Source of the DNA: an uncultured Spirochaetota bacterium
GTDB lineage: Bacteria; Spirochaetota; Spirochaetia; SZUA-6; Fen-1364
Direction of reading: 5' to 3'
NCBI GenBank assembly: GCA_963781885.1
Contig: CAWAHW010000002.1
Coordinates: forward strand, 1,376,001 to 1,440,000
DNA: 64,000 nucleotides
Position 1 is the first letter of the stretch; each line of letters begins with the position of its first letter. This document shows, piece by piece, positions 30,760 through 39,035 of this stretch. Below the pieces are notes generated by a model that was not told where the DNA came from, ran no database searches, and saw only the letters and a list, made by a program, of their open reading frames with translations. The position numbers and the translations under genes are program-made.

Positions 30760-33405
30760 ATGAAGAAGAATATCCACTTCTTTGACCAGGGCGAAGCGAA
30801 CGTCAAACCGCAGGTTCTCGAGCGCATCGGCATCCGTGGCCGTCTTGCCATGGAGCTGGCGGATCTCGACCTGCCCATCCTGCCCGGTTTCATCATCGAC
30901 GCCGAGGTGGCGGCGCACCTGAAAGACTACGATATCTGGGCGGCGCTCTCGCCCTGGTTGGACCGGCTTGCAAAACTGACGGGAAAATCCTTCGGGGACG
31001 TGGAAAATCCGATGTTGGTGAAGATCGTCATCAGCCCCAACCTCGTCATTGCCTCCTACCCGACGCTGCACAACTTCGGGCTCACGGACACCACCGTGCC
31101 GGGATTCAACCACTATGTCGGGGAGAACTTCGGCTGGCACGAGATGCAGTTCCTCACGAGCGGAAGCCTGGAGATCGAGCTCGCCATCGCGGAGCTGGAG
31201 AACAGGGAGAAGGACGCCAAGGCGATCAAGCAGACCATCAAGGAGCTGGGCGCGGAGCTTTCCTCGGAGCGCGACTCGAAGAAGCGCAAGGAGAGCGTGG
31301 CGCGCTGCATGAAGATGCTGCCGGAGGGGTATTTCGCGGACCCCATGGACCAGCTTGTCATCGCCCTGAAGCGCATCAGCCACCTCCTGTCGATCACCGA
31401 TCAGAACCAGGAAGACACGGCGCTGATCATCCAGCCCATGGTGTACGGCAACTACGGCAAAGACTCCCTGAACGGGCAGTTCTATACCCGCAACATCGTC
31501 ACCGGGGACAAGGAGATCCAGGGCGAGTATTTCCAGAACAAGTTCAACGCCATCGGCACGGCGGGATCCGACATCTCCAACATCGCCAAGACCTATCACG
31601 CGGAGCTGGAGAAGATCGCCCGCGCCGTGGAGGACCATTTCCGGGAAATACGGTCCATCCGCTTTACCGTTGAAAACAAGAGGCTCTGGCTGATCGATCA
31701 GCGCTCCGTCATGACAAAGAGCACGCAGGCGGACATCCGCCTCCTGCTGGATCTGCATGCGCGCAAGATCGTTGATGACACCTACGTCGTGAGTCAGATC
31801 AAGCCGGGGCAGCTCAACGAGATCCTGCACCCCATCATCGATTTCACGTCGGTGAAGGGCCTGCCCTGCTTGACGGGCGGCATCACGGGTGCGCCGGGAG
31901 CCGCAATCGGCAGGATATTCTTCTCCACGGAAGGGCTCCTGGAGGCCCACAAGCTCGCCCAACAGAAGGGCCATGACACGAAGCTCATCCTCTGTCTCGT
32001 CTCGTCCTTCGCTGAGGACGTGAAGGCGATAGAAGTGGCCACCGGCGTGCTTTCCACGGAAGGCGGATACTCGGCCCATGCATCGGTCGTGGCGCGGCAG
32101 TATGGCAAGGTGTCGCTCGTCAAACCCGAGATGAGGATCAAGGGCAACAAGGCCACGATCGGGGAGCGAACAATCAAGGAGGGGGACTACATCACGCTGA
32201 ACGTCCCCTTTTACGGCGCCCCTTCCATGTACCTCGGCAAGGCGGAGCTCATCGAGCCGGATCCCGAGGAATCGGGCATGCTCGATTTCCTCGCGCTTGT
32301 GGAGAAATTCGTGAAAGGCTTCCACGTGCGGGCGAACGCGGACAAGCCGCGCGATGCCGCCCTGGCGCGCAAGTTCGGCGCAAAAGGCATCGGCCTGGTG
32401 CGCACAGAGCACATGTTCTTCGACGAGAAGCGCATCAACGTCTTCCGCGAGATGGTCCTTTCGGACTCGGTGGAGGATCGCAGGAAGGCCCTGGCGAAGC
32501 TTCTTCCCATGCAAAAGGCGGATTTCTACAAGCTGCTGAAAATCATGGAAGGCTATCCCGTCATCATCCGCCTGCTCGATGCGCCGCTGCACGAGTTCCT
32601 GCCGCACAACGACCAGGAGCTCGAGCGTTTCATGAAGTACTTGAATGTCGGAAAGACCGGCGCCAAGCGTATTCCGGAAAAGGACGTCCGCGCGCGCTCA
32701 GAGGCGCTGCACGAGTTCAACCCCATGCTGGGACACCGCGGCTGCCGCATCGCCGTTTCCTATCCCGAGATCTATGAGATGCAGGTGCGCGCGATTTTCG
32801 AGGCGGTCTACACGCTGCGTAAGGAAGGCGTGCACGTCGAGCCGGAGGTGATGATCCCGATCATCATGAACGAATCGGAGCTGAAGCTCATCGTCTATGG
32901 CAAGAAGATCGAAGGGAAGCACATCCGCGGCCTCGTCGACATCGAGCTGGAGGTACGGGAAAGCTTCAAGGCAAAACCTGCGCCCTACAAGATCGGCACG
33001 ATGGTGGAGCTGCCGGCCGCCGCGCTCGGGGCGGACCAGCTTGCGCGCTACGCGCAGTTCTTCTCCTTCGGGACGAATGACCTCACCCAGACGACAATCG
33101 GGTTGTCCCGGGACGATTTCAACGCCTTCATGCCAGACTACACCCAGTTCGACCTCCTGGAGGGGAACCCCTTCCAGATGCTCAACCCGCAGGTGCGCGA
33201 GCTGATCGCCCTGGCGGTGAAGAGGGGCAAGATGACCCGACCGGACCTCGAGGTGGGACTCTGCGGAGAGCACGGGGCGGTGCCGGACAACATCCGCTTC
33301 TGCATGGAAGCAGGGCTGGATTACGTTTCCTGCTCGCCATACCAGGTGCCACTGTCGAAGCTTGCAATCGCCCAGCTGGAGATCGAAAAGAAAGCGGCAA
33401 AATAG
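30760..33405 (+). CDS. ppdK: Pyruvate phosphate dikinase-like PEP-utilising protein with degenerate ATP-grasp domain
   Basis: Phospho-His GGYSAHASVVAR, GIGLVRTEHMF, IRLLDAPLHEF, EFNPMLGHRGCR, FSFGTNDLTQ, GLCGEHG intact; N-terminal nucleotide-binding motifs altered. Confidence 0.85.
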   Translation: MKKNIHFFDQGEANVKPQVLERIGIRGRLAMELADLDLPILPGFIIDAEVAAHLKDYDIWAALSPWLDRLAKLTGKSFGDVENPMLVKIVISPNLVIASYPTLHNFGLTDTTVPGFNHYVGENFGWHEMQFLTSGSLEIELAIAELENREKDAKAIKQTIKELGAELSSERDSKKRKESVARCMKMLPEGYFADPMDQLVIALKRISHLLSITDQNQEDTALIIQPMVYGNYGKDSLNGQFYTRNIVTGDKEIQGEYFQNKFNAIGTAGSDISNIAKTYHAELEKIARAVEDHFREIRSIRFTVENKRLWLIDQRSVMTKSTQADIRLLLDLHARKIVDDTYVVSQIKPGQLNEILHPIIDFTSVKGLPCLTGGITGAPGAAIGRIFFSTEGLLEAHKLAQQKGHDTKLILCLVSSFAEDVKAIEVATGVLSTEGGYSAHASVVARQYGKVSLVKPEMRIKGNKATIGERTIKEGDYITLNVPFYGAPSMYLGKAELIEPDPEESGMLDFLALVEKFVKGFHVRANADKPRDAALARKFGAKGIGLVRTEHMFFDEKRINVFREMVLSDSVEDRRKALAKLLPMQKADFYKLLKIMEGYPVIIRLLDAPLHEFLPHNDQELERFMKYLNVGKTGAKRIPEKDVRARSEALHEFNPMLGHRGCRIAVSYPEIYEMQVRAIFEAVYTLRKEGVHVEPEVMIPIIMNESELKLIVYGKKIEGKHIRGLVDIELEVRESFKAKPAPYKIGTMVELPAAALGADQLARYAQFFSFGTNDLTQTTIGLSRDDFNAFMPDYTQFDLLEGNPFQMLNPQVRELIALAVKRGKMTRPDLEVGLCGEHGAVPDNIRFCMEAGLDYVSCSPYQVPLSKLAIAQLEIEKKAAK

Positions 33406-33419
33406 TCCTTCGAAGTCAT

Positions 33420-33453
33420 AAAAAAACGGCCGGGAAACCGGCCGGTTTTTTTT
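33420..33453. terminator. Bidirectional intrinsic terminator
   Basis: A7-CGGCCGG-GAAA-CCGGCCG-G-T8 between convergent genes. Confidence 0.9.
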
Positions 33454-33465
33454 GAAAAGCTCGTT

Positions 33466-34017
33466 CTATTTGTTCCAGATCGTGAACCGGTGCATTCCAT
33501 CAACCACAAGCTGGCTTGCTTTGACGGCTTCCGCCTTCGGCACGCCGGCCTCCTTGTTGAGCGTCGCGGAAAAAAACTTCCCAACCGTCTCGTAGACGTC
33601 CGGCAGATTGTAGAAAACAAAGGAGAAATTGATGCCGCTGGGCTTGAGGACAGTGAAGGACCCATAGGTCATGAGCGGGCTCTTGCTCACCATGACCTTT
33701 GTCTGGTTCCGGGTGGTAAGGATGTCCAGCTCCGCGAATCGGTGGGGGATCTGGTCCTTTGCCGTCCGCCGGAAGGGCTCCAGGTGCTTCTGCGCATAGG
33801 AAGGGGGTTCCGCCAGGACGAAAAGTTTGTTGCCGTCGGTCTGGAACGTGAGCCCCTCTTCGGTCAGGACGATTGATTTCACCCCGTTGTAGGCAACCAC
33901 CTCATAGCGCGCATACGACGAGTTCTCGTCGAGGAAAGAGGATACGATGTACCCTCCGTCACTGGGCAGCTGACTGTCGGCGTAGGCCTTGAACAACTCG
34001 AGTGCTTTCGGCTTCAT
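33466..34017 (-). CDS. Hypothetical cytoplasmic protein
   Basis: Start MKPKALELF with GGAGG SD; typical codon usage. Confidence 0.75.
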   Translation of the reverse strand: MKPKALELFKAYADSQLPSDGGYIVSSFLDENSSYARYEVVAYNGVKSIVLTEEGLTFQTDGNKLFVLAEPPSYAQKHLEPFRRTAKDQIPHRFAELDILTTRNQTKVMVSKSPLMTYGSFTVLKPSGINFSFVFYNLPDVYETVGKFFSATLNKEAGVPKAEAVKASQLVVDGMHRFTIWNK

Positions 34018-34091
34018 CCGTTTCCTCCATGGTTCCGTCCCATAGTATAGTCGGATTTTACCTGCACGCAATGAAAAGTGCAGCCGGTCTT

Positions 34092-34228
34092 GCGGCGCCC
34101 CAATCCGCCGGAATACGGCGGCGCCCCAATCCGCCGGAATACGGCGGCGCCCCAATCCGCCGGAATACGGCGGCGCCCCAATCCGCCGGGATACGGCGGC
34201 GCCCTAATCCGCCGGGGATACGGCGGCG
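34092..34228. repeat. Tandem repeat, 5 copies plus a partial copy of 26-bp GCGGCGCCCCAATCCGCCGGAATACG
   Basis: Units start at 34092, 34118, 34144 (identical), 34170 (1 change) and 34196 (27 bp, contains the TPR gene stop). Confidence 0.95.
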
Positions 34229-36114
34229 TGGTATTCCGCCGCTTTAGCGAGGAAGGTCTCCGCAAAAGAGTTGTTGCCCATGGCCCGGTAGACCATTCCG
34301 AGATTGCGGTTGGCGCGCCAATCCCTTGGCGCGAGCGAGATGGCCCGTCGGAATGTCTCCGCCGCTTTTTCCAGCGCCTTGTCCTGGAATTGCAGCACGC
34401 CGAGCATGAGGATGAGCGACAGTCTTTCCCCCTGCTTTTTCATGAAGCTTTCCAGCGCTTTCATACCGACGCCGCGCGCGCCCAGGCGATCCAGACAGTA
34501 GACGGCCGCCTTCATGTGCTCCTCTGCGTCGGGCGCTTCTGTCAGGAGGTCGCGCAGGAGAACCAGCGCCTCCGCGTACTTTCCCGTCCGCCGGTAGCAC
34601 ACGGCAAGCGCCGATTTCAAGCGCGCGTTGCGCGGCTCGTGCGGCAGGAGCCGGTTGATGTGATCCGCCGCTTCGGCAAAACCGTCCTCCTCCAGCAGCA
34701 GGCGAACAAGCCGCCGCCGCGCCGCCCTGTCGTCCGGCTCGACGGCCAGGTAGCGGCGGAAGACATCGGCGAGCATCTCCTTCTTTCCCAGCGCCTCGTA
34801 GACGTCGGCCAGGGCCTGGAGCATCTCGGGGTCGGGCTCGGCGACCTTCATCGATCGTTCGTACCAGCCCGCGGCGAGCTCCGGAAGCCCCGCGCGCGCG
34901 TAGGCCTGGCCGAGCTCGCCCATGAGGACCGGGTCGGGACCCCGAGCCTTGACTTGCGCCTGCAGCTCTGCAAGAACCTGCTCGATCGCCGCGCCTGTCC
35001 GGGAGAGCGCGAGGCTGTGGAAATAGGTCCCTGTCGCGTCGCCGCGATTTTTCTGCAGAACTCGTGCCGCTTCCGCGAGCAGCTCGTCGTATTCGCGTCG
35101 TTCCCAGAGCACGGCAAGCAGGCCGTAGCGCAGCTCCAGCGACGCCCGGTCCTTCTCAATGGCGCGATGGTAGTGGTTCTTCGCCTTCAGCAGCTCGCCG
35201 AGATTGCGGTAGGCCTCTGCCACGAGGGCGTGCATCTGCGGGTCATCGTAGGCCCCGCGCAGGAGCTTCGTGCCGTAGAAAATCGTCTCGCGGAAGCGTC
35301 CTTCGCGGAAAAGGTTCACCGTGATGAAGCGCAGGACGTCCTCCGGCGACCCCTGCGGGGCCACCGTGGAGCGCAGAAGCTGCGCGCCGCTTCTGATCTC
35401 AGCGGCAGCCCCCGTCTTGTCGCCCTGGGAGAGCAGGATGATTGCTTTCTGCAGGTGGAGGAAGGGGTCCTGGGGAGAGATGCGCGAGGCTGCATCCATG
35501 TGGTAGAGGGCAAGACTGTCCTTGCCGAGCTCCCGGTAGATGGACGCGAGGTAGAGGTGCGGCAGGATGCTCGCGCGCCTCTGCTCCAGAACCTCCGTGA
35601 AAAGGCGCGCGGCGTCATTCAGATCGCCGCGGTAGAACAGGCGGATGCCGAGGACAAGCGCCGTGTTCAAGTAGCCGGTCTGGAGGCGCTTGTTCTGCGG
35701 GTCAATCTCCAGCGCGCGCGCGAACCACCAGATGGCCTTGTCAGGTCGGCGGATCTTCAGGCAGGCAAGACCCAGGAGGCCGTACGCGGGCGAGAACCCG
35801 GGGGTCTTCTCCACCACGCGCGTGAGGTGCCTGATTGCCTGCGGGTAGGATTCCAGCCCGAGATACGCGCGGCCGAGGAAGAATCGCCCGGGAACCGAAT
35901 CGGGCTTCCGCCGCAAGAAAAAAGACAGGGCCTGGACGGCGCGGGCGTAGTCTCCCAGCGCGTGGTAGGACCGTCCCAGGTAGAGCAGGGCGAGCGGGTG
36001 GGCATCCGTGCTGCCGACGATCCGGGTCAGCAGCTCCACCGCCCGCGGGTAGTCGCGCGCACGGCCCGCTTCCATGGCTTGATCGAACATCTCCGCATAG
36101 TTCGTCGCGCGCAT
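34204..36114 (-). CDS. Multi-TPR protein
   Basis: Many TPR units (ALLYLGRSY, FFLGRAY, NLGMVY); upstream TG-G-TAGAAT. Confidence 0.88.
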   Translation of the reverse strand: MRATNYAEMFDQAMEAGRARDYPRAVELLTRIVGSTDAHPLALLYLGRSYHALGDYARAVQALSFFLRRKPDSVPGRFFLGRAYLGLESYPQAIRHLTRVVEKTPGFSPAYGLLGLACLKIRRPDKAIWWFARALEIDPQNKRLQTGYLNTALVLGIRLFYRGDLNDAARLFTEVLEQRRASILPHLYLASIYRELGKDSLALYHMDAASRISPQDPFLHLQKAIILLSQGDKTGAAAEIRSGAQLLRSTVAPQGSPEDVLRFITVNLFREGRFRETIFYGTKLLRGAYDDPQMHALVAEAYRNLGELLKAKNHYHRAIEKDRASLELRYGLLAVLWERREYDELLAEAARVLQKNRGDATGTYFHSLALSRTGAAIEQVLAELQAQVKARGPDPVLMGELGQAYARAGLPELAAGWYERSMKVAEPDPEMLQALADVYEALGKKEMLADVFRRYLAVEPDDRAARRRLVRLLLEEDGFAEAADHINRLLPHEPRNARLKSALAVCYRRTGKYAEALVLLRDLLTEAPDAEEHMKAAVYCLDRLGARGVGMKALESFMKKQGERLSLILMLGVLQFQDKALEKAAETFRRAISLAPRDWRANRNLGMVYRAMGNNSFAETFLAKAAEYHAAVSPAD

Positions 36115-36181
36115 CTGGTTCGTATTCTACCACGGCGGCCGATTGCTTTACAAACGGGGGTCTTTCCTCTACAACTAACCC

Positions 36182-37591
36182 ATGCGAGGGGTCAAAAGCT
36201 TCGCCCAGATCGCGGGGGAAGAGACGAGCCTTTCCGACCGCCTGAGCATCGGCGTGCGCCTGGGAGCCACGGCGGTGATTCTCATCATCGCCCTTTCGGC
36301 CCATCGCACCACGGCAGTCATCGTGGATGCCGCCGCTTTGATCGCCCTGGGCCTCATCTCGCTGATCGTTGGCGTGCGGCTTATCCGCAAAGAGCCGGCC
36401 ACCCCGCTGTTCCTGCTCTGCCTGATCGCAGACCTCATCTGCATGCTCGTCATGGCGTTCTTCATCCTGGACCAGGAAAAGATCGTCGACAGCCTCTCCT
36501 CCCTGATCACGCTGGAAGCGTACGCCATGAGCGTTGCCCTCCTGGCGTCGTTTCGCATCTCGCTGCACGACTGCATCCTCGCGACCTGCGTCGCGGTCCT
36601 CGTGCCGATTTTCGCCGTCATCGTCGCGGTCCTTCGATTTCCGGGAACGTTCGCCTACGCGTTGATCGTCGTGCCCTTCCTGAACGTGCTGGTCGGCTCT
36701 TTCGCCTCCCTGCAGTGTCAGCGCTACGCCAAGGCCTTGAAGGAAAACCTCATCACGGAGGATCTCCTGCGGGCGAGCAGGCGATTGAAGATGACGATGG
36801 ACATCGTCACGGCGTCCATTTTCAACCTCCACCAGCTCATCAACAAGCTGGGTGACGTCTCGACCACCGTGAACGAAGGCGCCCGCAACCAGTCCGCGGG
36901 AATAGAGCAGGTGACGACGGTGGCCGCGCAGCTCCAGGAAGCCATGGAGCGGCTGTCGCAGTCCACGGAAAGGTCGGCCTCCACCATCGGCACGACCGCG
37001 CAGTTCTCGGAGAGCGGCAACACCATCGTGAAGAAGGTCATCGAGGAAATACTCGGGATACACGACGTGGTGGACAAGATGGTGACGGCGCTCGCGAGGA
37101 TCAACGACATCGCCGACCAGACGAACCTGCTCGCCTTGAACGCGGCAATCGAGGCGTCCCGCACCGGTGACGAGCAGAGCGGCTTCTCCGTCGTCGCGGA
37201 CGAAATCCGTCAGCTTGCGGAGAAATCCGCCGCGACGGCGTCCGAGGTGAGCAAGTGGGTCCGCCAGATCGAGACCGTGATCGAGAGGGGAGGGGAATCC
37301 TCCCGCGAGGCGGGGAAGATCTTCGATACGATTGCACGGGACCTTGGGGCCTACGCCGGGTTCATTCACGAGCTCTCGAATTCCGTGAAGAACCAGCTCG
37401 GCGCAAACCGCGAGGTGACGGGCGCGATCGAGAGCATCGGGTCGGTGGTGGAGGACAACCGCTTCTCCGCAGAGGCCGTCACCCGGATCATCGGCGATCT
37501 GAAGAAGGAGATGCTGAAGCTGGAAGCGCTTGTCGGCGACAAGGTGCAGGAAGCGGAAAAGCTGTATCGCAGCGCAGAGGGCGCGACGTAG
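36182..37591 (+). CDS. Methyl-accepting chemotaxis protein with polytopic membrane sensor
   Basis: About 6 TM helices then INDIADQTNLLALNAAIEA...GFSVVADEIRQLAEKS. Confidence 0.92.
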   Translation: MRGVKSFAQIAGEETSLSDRLSIGVRLGATAVILIIALSAHRTTAVIVDAAALIALGLISLIVGVRLIRKEPATPLFLLCLIADLICMLVMAFFILDQEKIVDSLSSLITLEAYAMSVALLASFRISLHDCILATCVAVLVPIFAVIVAVLRFPGTFAYALIVVPFLNVLVGSFASLQCQRYAKALKENLITEDLLRASRRLKMTMDIVTASIFNLHQLINKLGDVSTTVNEGARNQSAGIEQVTTVAAQLQEAMERLSQSTERSASTIGTTAQFSESGNTIVKKVIEEILGIHDVVDKMVTALARINDIADQTNLLALNAAIEASRTGDEQSGFSVVADEIRQLAEKSAATASEVSKWVRQIETVIERGGESSREAGKIFDTIARDLGAYAGFIHELSNSVKNQLGANREVTGAIESIGSVVEDNRFSAEAVTRIIGDLKKEMLKLEALVGDKVQEAEKLYRSAEGAT

Positions 37592-37595
37592 CTTC

Positions 37596-39035
37596 ATGGA
37601 AAAGCGCGACATATTCCTCAATATCTCCCCCTTGGACCACCGCTATTCGCTTTCCAACCCCGCTCTGTGGGCTTCCCTGAGTGAAATCCTGGGGGAAGAG
37701 GCATCCGTTCACTATTGCGCCCGAGTCGAGATTGCCTTCCTGAAAGCGCTTCTTCGCCATCTGCCGGGAAAAGTCGGCCCCGAGGACCAGGGCGCGGCGC
37801 TCGATGCCGCGGCGGGCGCCCTGACGTCTGAGGAAGTCTACGCGGAGGAGCAAAAGACCCAGCACAATATCCGGGCGCTGGTGAACGTGCTCAAGGGGCA
37901 TCTGCCCGCGTCGGTGAGGCCGTTCGTTCACCTGGGGGCAACATCGGTGGACATCCTCGACACGGCCGCCGCTCTTCGTTACCGCGACGCCGTGGAAAAG
38001 GTCGTCCTTCCGCTGCTCTTCGACCTGGAAGAAGAGCTTATCGCGCGTGTGCGCGCCGAGGCGGAGACCCCGCAGATCGGCCGCACGCACGGGCAGCACG
38101 CGGTGCCGCTCACCTTCGGCTTTGCCCTGGCGGCATATGTTTCCCGGTTGGGAAAGAGCATCGCGCGCATACGGGAAAAAGCCACCGGCCTCCGCGGAAA
38201 GCTCTCGGGTGCCGTGGGCGCCTACAACGCCACCTCGCTCCTGGTGAAGGATCCGCAGGAGCTGGAGCGTGAGGTACTCGCAGAGCTCGGTCTTGCCGCA
38301 TCCGAGCATTCCACGCAGCTCGTCGAGCCGGAATACCTCCTGCAGCTCCTGCTGGAGCTGAATACGGCTTTCGGGATCATCGCCAACCTCGCCGACGACC
38401 TGCGGAATCTCCAGCGCTCGGAGATCGGCGAAGTCCGTGAGGAGTTCACCGACACCCAGGTGGGCTCTTCCACGATGCCCCAGAAGCGCAATCCCTGGAA
38501 CTCAGAGCACGTGAAGAGCCTCTGGAAGGCATTCAGTCCCCGGGTGCTCACGTTTTTCATGGACCAGATCTCGGAGCATCAGCGGGACCTCACCAACTCC
38601 GCCTCCTCGCGATTCGTCGGAGAGTTCGTCGCGGGATTCGCGTCGGCAGCAGACCGGATGCGGGCCGTCATCCACTCCCTGTTTGTGGACCGTGCGCGGA
38701 TGGCGGATAACCTCGCGCACTCGGGGGACCTCATCTTTTCCGAGCCGGCCTACATCCTTGTCGCCCTTGCGGGCGATGCAGACGCGCACGAGCGGGTGCG
38801 GCGTGCCACGCTGAAAGCGGAGCAGACGGGGGCGCGTCTGGTCGACGTCTTGCGTGAGGACACCGCCGTATGGGACATCCTTTCGCGCCAGCTTGCCCTC
38901 ACCCGCGGTCTGGACGCGCGTGCGTTCTTCTCCGAGCCGGCGCGCTACCGCGGCATTGCGGCAGAGAAGGCGCGGGAGATTGCCGACGCGCATGAAAAGG
39001 CGGTCGCGCAGATGCGCAAAGAGCTCGCGCGCTGA
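37596..39035 (+). CDS. purB: Adenylosuccinate lyase
   Basis: ISPLDHRY, HLGATSVDI, GRTHGQHA, GSSTMPQKRNP, HQRDLTNSA. Confidence 0.95.
   Translation: MEKRDIFLNISPLDHRYSLSNPALWASLSEILGEEASVHYCARVEIAFLKALLRHLPGKVGPEDQGAALDAAAGALTSEEVYAEEQKTQHNIRALVNVLKGHLPASVRPFVHLGATSVDILDTAAALRYRDAVEKVVLPLLFDLEEELIARVRAEAETPQIGRTHGQHAVPLTFGFALAAYVSRLGKSIARIREKATGLRGKLSGAVGAYNATSLLVKDPQELEREVLAELGLAASEHSTQLVEPEYLLQLLLELNTAFGIIANLADDLRNLQRSEIGEVREEFTDTQVGSSTMPQKRNPWNSEHVKSLWKAFSPRVLTFFMDQISEHQRDLTNSASSRFVGEFVAGFASAADRMRAVIHSLFVDRARMADNLAHSGDLIFSEPAYILVALAGDADAHERVRRATLKAEQTGARLVDVLREDTAVWDILSRQLALTRGLDARAFFSEPARYRGIAAEKAREIADAHEKAVAQMRKELAR

Noticed and set aside
30760-33405. Ordinary gluconeogenic/glycolytic PPDK or PEP synthase
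   Set aside because: Not accepted as is, because several nucleotide-binding motifs are substituted; gene symbol kept only to indicate homology
34092-34228. 26-bp palindromic repeat as a CRISPR array
   Set aside because: Units are contiguous with no spacers, the unit derives from a gene end, and there are no cas genes in the window
34078-36855. Long antisense ORFs (925 aa here; also 44199-46814, 30661-32607, 27399-29147, 22194-24110)
   Set aside because: Shadow frames opposite recognisable genes, expected with high GC3 codon bias; no motifs
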